From positions 1 through 45,094 of the forward strand of contig JBLIRP010000020.1 of the NCBI GenBank assembly GCA_049472355.1: DNA of 45,094 nucleotides, written 5' to 3'. Below are positions 31,207 to 38,812 of the stretch, in pieces. The notes beneath the pieces were generated by a model, which was not told where the DNA came from, searched no databases, and worked only from the letters and a program-made list of their open reading frames with translations. Position 1 is the first letter of the stretch. Every line of letters starts with the position of its first letter. The translations under genes were made by a program, and so were the position numbers. This DNA is from a bacterium (GTDB lineage: Bacteria > SZUA-182 > DTGQ01 > JAFGSM01).

Positions 31207-32904
31207 ATGAGGATTGCACTGAGCCAGGCAAACACCACGGTGGGGGATATCCGGTCAAATGCCCGGAAGATCATCGCCTCCATGGAGGAGGCACGGCAGA
31301 AGCGGGCCGACCTCGTTGTATTCCCGGAACTTGTTCTCTGCGGCTATCCCCCGGAGGACCTCCTGCTGCGGCCGGGCTTCATAAGGGAGTGCCAGGAGGC
31401 GCTTTCATCCCTCATCACGGCATCCGAGGGGATTGCCGCCCTTGTCGGCCTCCCCCACCTGCGTGACGGCACAGTATACAATGCAGCCGCCCTTATCCAC
31501 AGGGGGACCCTGGTGGATGTCTACCACAAGGTGGAACTGCCGAACTACGGGGTATTTGACGAAAGACGATATTTTCACCCAGGCGAATCGCCCCTTTTTT
31601 TCTGCATGGAAGGGACCCTTTGCATGGTGACCATCTGCGAAGACATCTGGATCTCTCATGGTCCGGTGGAACAGAGCGCTCGGGAAAATCACGCCCAGGT
31701 CATCCTGAACCTCTCTTCCTCTCCGTTTCATGCGGGGAAATTCTCCGTGCGGCAGGGGGTTATAGCCCGATTTGCCGCCCATACCGGGGCCCTCGTCTGC
31801 CATACCAATATGGTAGGCGGCCAGGATGAGCTTGTCTTTGATGGCGGGAGCTTTATCACCAATTCCGCAGGGGAGACGGCGGCATCCGCACGACGCTTTG
31901 CAGAGGACCTCCTGATAGTCGACATGGGGCCCCTGCTGAACGTATCGGCCTCCCCGGCGTATCCCCCGTCACGGGCAAGGGCGGGGATATACCTGCTTCA
32001 GACCGAAGAGCATGCAGATCGGGGGTCATTTCCGGCGGTCACCGCACCGGAGTTGGGAAGGCTTGAGGAGATCCATCAGGCACTCCTCCTGGGTACGCGG
32101 GACTACGTGGTTAAAAACGGCTTTGAGAAGGTGGTGGTGGGATTGAGCGGGGGGATCGATTCCGCGCTGACCGTTGCCATTGCTGTAGAGGCATTGGGAA
32201 GGGAGCGGGTTGTCGCCGTGACCATGCCCTCCGAATATACCTCGAAGGATACCTTTGCCGATGCCGGGCAGGTGGCATCGAATCTCGGGATACCCCTTCT
32301 CGTCGTGCCCATTGACGGCATTTTTTCCTCATACCGTGAGGCCCTCAGGGGGCATTTCGGTCCCGGCAGGCCGGGCATCGAGTATGAAAACATCCAGGCA
32401 CGGATACGGGGAACCATTCTCATGGCCTTGTCCAACCGGTTTGGATGGCTGGTATTGACCACGGGCAACAAGAGTGAGATCGCGGTCGGCTACTGCACGC
32501 TCTATGGTGACATGGCAGGCGGATTTGCAGTAATCAAGGATCTGTCCAAGGGCCTGGTGTATGAAATGGCCCGATATATCAATGAACGTAAGGGACAGAA
32601 CATTATACCTGAAGGTGTGCTCATGCGCGCGCCCTCCGCGGAGCTGCGCCCTGACCAGAGGGACGAAGACTCCCTTCCTCCCTATGCATTGCTCGATCCC
32701 ATCCTGAAGGCCTATGTGGAGGATGATATGGCACCGGGGGAAATTGCCGGGATGGGTTTTTTACCGGAGATGGCAAACGAGGTGATTCGCATGGTGGACA
32801 GGAGCGAGTACAAGCGCCGGCAGGCGCCGCCGGGTATAAAGATCACGCCCAAGGCATTCGGCAAGGACCGGCGCCTTCCCATAACAAATCGCTACGCACG
32901 GTGA
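31207..32904 (+). CDS. nadE: Glutamine-dependent NAD+ synthetase
   Basis: Nitrilase domain FPEL, LPNYGVFDE, ICEDIW; synthetase domain GLSGGIDS, ENIQAR, TTGNKSE, PSAEL, EYKRRQAPPG. Confidence 0.96.
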   Translation: MRIALSQANTTVGDIRSNARKIIASMEEARQKRADLVVFPELVLCGYPPEDLLLRPGFIRECQEALSSLITASEGIAALVGLPHLRDGTVYNAAALIHRGTLVDVYHKVELPNYGVFDERRYFHPGESPLFFCMEGTLCMVTICEDIWISHGPVEQSARENHAQVILNLSSSPFHAGKFSVRQGVIARFAAHTGALVCHTNMVGGQDELVFDGGSFITNSAGETAASARRFAEDLLIVDMGPLLNVSASPAYPPSRARAGIYLLQTEEHADRGSFPAVTAPELGRLEEIHQALLLGTRDYVVKNGFEKVVVGLSGGIDSALTVAIAVEALGRERVVAVTMPSEYTSKDTFADAGQVASNLGIPLLVVPIDGIFSSYREALRGHFGPGRPGIEYENIQARIRGTILMALSNRFGWLVLTTGNKSEIAVGYCTLYGDMAGGFAVIKDLSKGLVYEMARYINERKGQNIIPEGVLMRAPSAELRPDQRDEDSLPPYALLDPILKAYVEDDMAPGEIAGMGFLPEMANEVIRMVDRSEYKRRQAPPGIKITPKAFGKDRRLPITNRYAR

Positions 32905-32950
32905 TTCATGTATCGCGTCCTTCTCTTCATGGGAAGGTGTCTAAATGCAA

Positions 32951-32978
32951 AGGGGGCGCTCCGCAAGGAGCGCCCCCT
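32951..32978. terminator. Hairpin between the convergent nadE and repeat-protein gene
   Basis: AGGGGGCGCTCC-gcaa-GGAGCGCCCCCT. Confidence 0.7.
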
Positions 32979-33008
32979 CATGTGCATTAATCAATCACGC
33001 TCAGGCGA

Positions 33009-33818
33009 TCACAGCCTGTTGGCCACAAAGGTGCCCTGTTCGGAAATCAGCGCGGTTGAGAGGTTGATGACCTCGTAGGTGCCCTCCATGGTTGTACCGT
33101 TTACCGTGGCAACCATGGTGACATCATAGATCATGGTGCCGGTCACGCTGGTGGTGACCGTACTGTTTATGGTTAGGACATTTCCATCAACCGTGCCCAC
33201 CACATAGGCCCCGTATTTGAGGATCTTGTTGAGCAGGAATACGGCGGTGCCCGTAACGTCGCTATCCGCCTGGGCAAGGGTCATGCTCAATTCCCCGGTG
33301 ATGACCCCGCCGGCGAGAAAGGAGCTTGTCCAGGTGCCGGCCCAGGTGCCTGACACATCAGCGGGGACAGCGGCTGCATAATAGAATGCCGCTGCAGTAT
33401 ACGGATTTGCAAAGGGATTCACAAAGCTATTCGCAAACGAACTCGCAAAGGGGCTTGAAAATGAGCTCACAAAGGGATTCGCATAGGAACTGGCAAAGGG
33501 ACTCCCAAAGGGAATGAGGCTGCCTGCGACACGTGCCTGCGGGTAGTATGCTGTCCTGCTGAAGGAGTTGAACCCACTATAAAGGGAAAACGGATTGTAG
33601 ATCGACGCATAGGGATTGATCACATTGGAAAAGGATGGGGCACCGTAGATCGAATTGGAAAATGTCGGCACAAGAGATTGAAAATAGGGTGGAATGACGG
33701 AAAGCTGGCCAAAGGCCGGTGTCCATCCCACCATGGAGATACAGAAAAAAACAAGACTGAGTAATCCACCATAGAGCATGTGGCGGCTGGTTCTTTTTCC
33801 GAGGCATGTACGTAACAC
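33009..33818 (-). CDS. Secreted protein, paralog A (F/Y/S/P-rich repeats + beta-rich C-terminal domain)
   Basis: GTG 33818 after GGGGGAAGAAC (near-identical to the paralog C context); signal peptide ending AFG|Q; domain DVSGTW...EQGTFVANRL. Confidence 0.8.
   Translation of the reverse strand: MLRTCLGKRTSRHMLYGGLLSLVFFCISMVGWTPAFGQLSVIPPYFQSLVPTFSNSIYGAPSFSNVINPYASIYNPFSLYSGFNSFSRTAYYPQARVAGSLIPFGSPFASSYANPFVSSFSSPFASSFANSFVNPFANPYTAAAFYYAAAVPADVSGTWAGTWTSSFLAGGVITGELSMTLAQADSDVTGTAVFLLNKILKYGAYVVGTVDGNVLTINSTVTTSVTGTMIYDVTMVATVNGTTMEGTYEVINLSTALISEQGTFVANRL
33399..33512 (-). repeat. Degenerate 12-bp tandem repeat encoding ([PS][FY]xx)9
   Basis: PFGS PFAS SYAN PFVS SFSS PFAS SFAN SFVN PFAN PY. 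Confidence 0.8.
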
Positions 33819-33999
33819 GTTCTTCCCCCCTTCTACTTCCTGACGGTATGTTTCTAAAACCCACTCCAATCGGTTCTTAATGAATATGCGATGCGACTAT
33901 CACCTCTTTCTTCAACCGGAACCGCCCTTGAAGCACGGACGATCCCACAATGTCCGGTTACTGGTTCTCAATTGAATATCGTAAGCATGCATGTTTATA

Positions 34000-34016
34000 T
34001 GCAGAATCAATACCAG
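34000..34016 (-). promoter_or_regulatory. Sigma54 promoter of paralog A
   Basis: Minus strand CTGGTATTGATTCTGCA (GG-N10-GC), next to an AT-rich tract. Confidence 0.65.
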
Positions 34017-34245
34017 ACTCGACAGCAAGAATATTCATTATAATTTATCTAAGCATGGTTTGATTATTATTTAATTGCTATAATTTTTTTTCATTGAATA
34101 GTAATTATGCATTTTGATGCATAGTTATAAATAACATGAAATTATAGTTATAATAATAAAATTTATGAAGATTATTGCGAGTATGGTAGTATTATTCCCG
34201 CACGATTACATTTGTGCATAACAGCGGCATAAAGGAGGGGAAAAC

Positions 34246-34283
34246 ACAAAGGGCCACCTGAAAGTGCTCAGGTGGCCCTTTGT
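34246..34283 (-). terminator. Intrinsic terminator of paralog B
   Basis: 16-bp stem ACAAAGGGCCACCTGA / TCAGGTGGCCCTTTGT, followed on the minus strand by GTTTT. Confidence 0.8.
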
Positions 34284-34293
34284 ATGAAGAATA

Positions 34294-35289
34294 TCAGATA
34301 ACGGGTGTAGAGAGGGTGAGGTTAAAGTTTCCGTAATCGATTTCCAGCTTCGCCAGATCCTGCACGGTGTAGGTCCCCGTCATGGTGGTGGGACTGCTCA
34401 TGGTGCAGTTGAGCTGTATGGAGTACGGGTAGAGCAATGCCGTCGTGGTGATGAGAAGCGTCGTTGTCGGGATGAGGCTGGAGCTTTGACCGGTGAGGGT
34501 AAAGACTGTTCCACCTGCATAGGCGCCGCTTACGGCTGCCGGTATGGAATTGGTCAGCTTGTTGAGGATCAGATTGACCTCGCCCGAAAGGGTTGCGGTG
34601 ACGCTATTTTCAACAAGGGTAAGGTTCATGATCCCCGCATTGAGTTTTATGAGGCTGATCCAGGTCCCTGTCCAGGTCCCTGCCTGCTCCGCGGCGACAA
34701 TGGGTGCTGCGGGTGTGGTCGGACTGGTGACCCCGAGGGCTGAGAGGAGGTTGAGGCCTCCGCCCAGGCCACCTAAGCCGCCGAGGCCCCCTAAACCGCT
34801 AAGGCCGTAGAGGCCGCCGAGGCCATAAAGACCACCCATGCCATAGAGCCCACCGAGGCCATAAAGAGAGCCCATACCGTACATGCCGAGGCCGTAGCTG
34901 CTGCCGAGGCCATAAAGACCACCCATGCCATATAGGCCTCCAAGGCCATACAGACTGCTGAGGCCGTACATACCTCCCATTCCATAGAGTCCGCCAATTC
35001 CATATCTTCCATAGAGTCCGCCGAGTCCACTGAGTCCGCTGAGTCCATAGAGTCCGCTGAGTCCGCTGAGTCCATAGAGCCCGCTGAGGCCATAGGTACC
35101 TCCAAGCCCATAGAGTCCCAGTCCTCCATATATTCCCCCTCCCAGTAAACCGAATCCTCCAGGCCCGTAATAGGTCTTGACTGCCTGGGTGTTGCTGATT
35201 GAAACCATCAACATCATCACTGCGCAGAGAACGATCAGCATTCCACGCCATGGAATGCCGGACGATAGTGCACCCAAAAACCTTGACAT
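34294..35289 (-). CDS. Secreted protein, paralog B (Gly-Leu-Tyr repeats + beta-rich C-terminal domain)
   Basis: ATG 35289 after GGAGG; signal peptide ending TQA|V; ~140-aa YGLGGL repeat; domain AGTWTGTW...LNK...GTY...GNFNL. Confidence 0.85.
   Translation of the reverse strand: MSRFLGALSSGIPWRGMLIVLCAVMMLMVSISNTQAVKTYYGPGGFGLLGGGIYGGLGLYGLGGTYGLSGLYGLSGLSGLYGLSGLSGLGGLYGRYGIGGLYGMGGMYGLSSLYGLGGLYGMGGLYGLGSSYGLGMYGMGSLYGLGGLYGMGGLYGLGGLYGLSGLGGLGGLGGLGGGLNLLSALGVTSPTTPAAPIVAAEQAGTWTGTWISLIKLNAGIMNLTLVENSVTATLSGEVNLILNKLTNSIPAAVSGAYAGGTVFTLTGQSSSLIPTTTLLITTTALLYPYSIQLNCTMSSPTTMTGTYTVQDLAKLEIDYGNFNLTLSTPVI
34756..35172 (-). repeat. 9/18-bp degenerate tandem repeats encoding G-X-X / YG[LM][GS]GL
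   Basis: 19 YG dipeptides; DNA units such as GCCATAGAGCCCACCGAG and GAGTCCGCT on the + strand. Confidence 0.85.
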
Positions 35290-35411
35290 CGCTAACCTCC
35301 GTAACATTTTGTAAATGAAAACCAGGATCTATGAGCTACCTGTTATTCGCACACATCCCGTCGCCCTGCCACACGAGTCCTGTGTGATCGCGGGTTACCC
35401 TTGATAAGAAT

Positions 35412-35428
35412 AGCAACTTGGATACCAA
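35412..35428 (-). promoter_or_regulatory. Sigma54 promoter of paralog B
   Basis: Minus strand TTGGTATCCAAGTTGCT; IHF-like AAACAATAAGTTA at 35464-35476. Confidence 0.75.
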
Positions 35429-35649
35429 TGACGAGGGCGGGACAAAATGGCAGCTCGACAATATAACTTATTGTTTTAAATCGTAATATAATCTTGCTTT
35501 AGCCGGGTATGTCCGGAGGCGGGTCATAAAAATAACGTAGCCCATGGGTAGAAAATATGTCCCGTCGATGCGGCATCCGCCTCTGTAAAGTTTTCAGGGC
35601 CACATGTCGATTAAAAAGATGAGGGATTATAACCTCACAGGAGAAAAAT

Positions 35650-36045
35650 ATGCCGGCAACAACGATGGAAACCTTGGTAGCATGCGAACCGCATAGGATT
35701 TTGGTCATCGACGACGATTTTGCCATCCGTTTATCCCTTCAGATACTTCTCAGGAAACACGGGTACGAGGTCTGGACCGCGGAGGATGCCCTTTCCGCCT
35801 TTCAGGACCTGGATCGCATCAAACCGCAATTGATCATCCTTGATATACGCCTCCCCGCGATCGACGGAATCGACTTTTTGCACATCATACAGAATAAAAA
35901 GATACCCGCGAAGGTGATCTTTATAAGCGCGTATGATGACATGGATTTTGACAAGGCCTTTTATATGGGGGCGTACGACTACATTAAAAAACCCTTCCAG
36001 GCGGAGCAGATCATAAACGCAGTGACCAGGGCCCTCAATTGCTGA
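35650..36045 (+). CDS. Single-domain response regulator (CheY-like)
   Basis: ILVIDDD, LIILDIRLP (phospho-Asp), FISAY, KKPF; AGGAG RBS. Confidence 0.9.
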   Translation: MPATTMETLVACEPHRILVIDDDFAIRLSLQILLRKHGYEVWTAEDALSAFQDLDRIKPQLIILDIRLPAIDGIDFLHIIQNKKIPAKVIFISAYDDMDFDKAFYMGAYDYIKKPFQAEQIINAVTRALNC

Positions 36046-36254
36046 CGACAATTTTCGCTCATTTGACTTTTAAGCACCGCAAAGATAAATCCAATTACGT
36101 CTATTCAAACTCAAAAATAAATTTAAAGAATAATTAAAAATGGAAGAAATATTAAGCGGACTTATAATTGTTATAGCTTGGATAGCAGGTTGTTTATAGA
36201 TGTCATATAAATTTTAGCTTGCTTTCTTGTTAGGCAGAGGAAAGAAAGGAGACC

Positions 36255-36650
36255 ATGATGCAAAAGCTTTTGATTTTACTCGTCGCATTTGGGCTGTACC
36301 TATTTTATTGCTATTGTCTTAAGCTGATATGCGATCGTACCGGAAAGGAGCCCGGAATCCTCATCTGGATTCCCCTCCTGCAGACCTTTCCCCTTCTACG
36401 GGCTGCCGATTTATCATATTGGACATTCCTCCTCATGTTGGTGCCGGTTGTACAGATTATCCCAATAATCAAGATGTGGGCGAGGATACTCAAGACGATG
36501 GGGAGAAATCCGTGGTTGCAGATCCTCCTTTACCTAGTGATACCGGCGTTTTTCCTTCTTCCCTATCTTGCGTTTGCCGGCAATGGTAAAAATGCTGAAA
36601 TGAGTCCTTCCCTGGAGGGTGAAATCGCGTCTGCTGCGGCAGCCGAATAA
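36255..36650 (+). CDS. Small membrane protein (DUF5684-like)
   Basis: Hydrophobic helices, TGKEPGILIWIP, YLAF; AAGGAG RBS. Confidence 0.75.
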   Translation: MMQKLLILLVAFGLYLFYCYCLKLICDRTGKEPGILIWIPLLQTFPLLRAADLSYWTFLLMLVPVVQIIPIIKMWARILKTMGRNPWLQILLYLVIPAFFLLPYLAFAGNGKNAEMSPSLEGEIASAAAAE

Positions 36651-36966
36651 AAGAGCTATCAGCTCTTCTGCCTAACAAACCATGTCGGCCTGGGGACGTT
36701 CAATAAGTCCTCCAGGCCGACTTTCTTCCCACCGACATCATGTCATTGTACCTATCCAACACATCCCACCTTATCTGCCGGCCATGATCCGGAGAGCACC
36801 ATGCGTAGTGAACGCTCTTAAATACATAATGAGCTGGTAATTCTTTTAAAGGGCATTGGATAATTACGAAAATTAAAAGGGCCTGCCCGTCGAGCGGGGT
36901 AACCATGTCTGCCCGCGTAGCGGGCAGACGGGATACAATGGGCAGTGCTGTCGGCCCTGGTGCGGA

Positions 36967-36995
36967 TTTACAGCACGGGACAGGTCTGGTATAGT
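36967..36995 (+). promoter_or_regulatory. Sigma70 promoter
   Basis: TTTACA-17 nt-TATAGT with extended -10 TG. Confidence 0.55.
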
Positions 36996-37029
36996 AATCG
37001 GGTATGTGGGTACAGGTAAAGGGGGCAGC

Positions 37030-38706
37030 ATGAAAGCAGATCTCTGCCGCAGGATCATGTCCATCCGGGCACCGGGCACGGATCCGTCACGGAATCCCTC
37101 TGGGCGAAGGGGATTTCTGTGGGCATATCTCTTTGTGATAGCGACATTATGCCTTGCGCTGTCCCTTTCGGCGTGTGCGCCGACGATGCATCTGCAGGAT
37201 TCCGCGAGGACCGGGAATCTTGTGCCCAATCCGGAATTTCGGGAGGACCGGGATGGTGACGGCTGCCCTGACGGCTGGAGCCACGGAGCACCACTGGGTG
37301 GTGATTGGACCCCCAGCCGTTTCGGTAGCGGAGAGTTTCGGGGCTCCGGCACAACGGCGCTATGGGTCGAAGGGGGAAATGACCGGCGGGGTGAGTGGTA
37401 TTGCACCATTTCGGGCATCGAGCCGGAAACGGACTATATGCTTACCTTCTGGGCGTATCGCCCGGTGTTTTTGAACAAGATATACCCGGAGGTGGAGATC
37501 ATGGGAAGGTCCGTTCGCCTGGATAACCACTGCACCGCCCGGGGATGGCAATACTTCCGGATACCCCTTCGCTCGGCCCGCGGGATGCGCACCACCACCC
37601 TTTCGTTCATCAATCCCTATCCCCTGCGGTTCTATTTTCATCACCCCTGCCTGATCGAGATGGACAGTACCGTGAAACCGCTCTCCCCCCTTCGGGCAAT
37701 CCCGATCCCCGTGGGGGATTTTTTCCCCATCGGGATTTACGGCGCACGCATTGAGGGATTACCGGAGATCCGGGCCGCAGGGTTCAACACGGTCCTTGTT
37801 TCTCCCGGTGAAGAGATGGTCGCCGCGGCCCATAAGGCGGGATTAAAGGTGGTGCTCTCCCTATGTTCGGACGGGGATCACTCGCGTACGGTGCGGAAAT
37901 TCCGCGACCATCCTGCCCTTCTTGCCTGGTATGTCGCGGATGAGCCGGAGCTGAAATCCATCACCCCTGAAATGCTCAGAACGCGTGTGGATCAATTGTC
38001 GGCCTGGGACAGCACCCATCCCACCTGCATGGCGGTGGTCCGGCCCCGGTTCGTGGAACAATTCAGGGACGCATGTCATATCGTCATGCTTGATCAGTAT
38101 CCGATACCGAGCCAGCCGCTCACCTGGCTGAGCGACAGCCTGGACGAGGCACGCCAAGAGGTGGGGATGGAGCGGATATGGGCGGTGATCCAGGCATTCG
38201 GAGGGGATGAGTACGCTGCCCAGGGATGGCCGGTATTCCCCACATACGATGAAATGCGCTCCCTGGCCTATCTGGCGATTGTTCATGAAGCCCGGGGGTT
38301 GTTCTTTTTTTCCCACCGGTCCGCACGTGCGGAGGGGGACCGATGGGGAACCCTGGTGCGGGTGGTCGATGAACTGCGCCGGCTCTCCGGATGGCTTACC
38401 CTATCCTCGATGCACAGCGGGCTTTCCCTCACCATACGGTCACCCTTTACGGCGGATGCCGGGGGGAATCCAGCGGTTCACTACCAATGGAAGGTCATGG
38501 GGGATGAGGGTCTCCTGATCATGGTGAACACCATCGATAAGGAGGTGGAAATCAGCCTGGATGGGCTGCCCCCGCATATCACCTGGGCTGCGGTGCTCTT
38601 CGAGGACCGGAAGGTTGCGCTCAGGGAGGGAAACCTGCGGGATATGTTCGGGCCCCATCAGACCCATGTTTACCGCATCGAGGGGCTCACACCGACATCT
38701 CCCTAA
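37030..38706 (+). CDS. Putative lipoprotein with CBM-like domain and glycoside-hydrolase-like TIM barrel
   Basis: Lipobox LSA|C; NLVPNPEF...PDGW (CBM-like start); FFPIGIY, AGFNTV, HPALLAWYVADEP, DQYP, QAF. Confidence 0.65.
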   Translation: MKADLCRRIMSIRAPGTDPSRNPSGRRGFLWAYLFVIATLCLALSLSACAPTMHLQDSARTGNLVPNPEFREDRDGDGCPDGWSHGAPLGGDWTPSRFGSGEFRGSGTTALWVEGGNDRRGEWYCTISGIEPETDYMLTFWAYRPVFLNKIYPEVEIMGRSVRLDNHCTARGWQYFRIPLRSARGMRTTTLSFINPYPLRFYFHHPCLIEMDSTVKPLSPLRAIPIPVGDFFPIGIYGARIEGLPEIRAAGFNTVLVSPGEEMVAAAHKAGLKVVLSLCSDGDHSRTVRKFRDHPALLAWYVADEPELKSITPEMLRTRVDQLSAWDSTHPTCMAVVRPRFVEQFRDACHIVMLDQYPIPSQPLTWLSDSLDEARQEVGMERIWAVIQAFGGDEYAAQGWPVFPTYDEMRSLAYLAIVHEARGLFFFSHRSARAEGDRWGTLVRVVDELRRLSGWLTLSSMHSGLSLTIRSPFTADAGGNPAVHYQWKVMGDEGLLIMVNTIDKEVEISLDGLPPHITWAAVLFEDRKVALREGNLRDMFGPHQTHVYRIEGLTPTSP

Positions 38707-38812
38707 GCGGTTGGCCAGACTTGCGATAGTGTGTAAGCCTTGTCAATCGGTTTTTTTCCTGACGTAGTGCCGAATAGAGTGTCAGCTCGGGAAGGGTGGG
38801 GGTGCGCTCTTC

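Noticed and set aside
33399..33512. NPF motifs as eukaryotic EH-domain ligands (host mimicry)
   Set aside because: NPF alternates freely with SPF and SSF within a period-4 repeat, and there is no evidence of host association.
34756..35172. CRISPR array or collagen
   Set aside because: The units are 9/18 bp, in frame and lack spacers; no cas genes; the repeat lacks the Pro and charged residues typical of collagen.
36178..36194. Possible sigma54 promoter TTGGATAGCAGGTTGTT before the membrane protein gene
   Set aside because: Both the -24 and -12 elements deviate from consensus.
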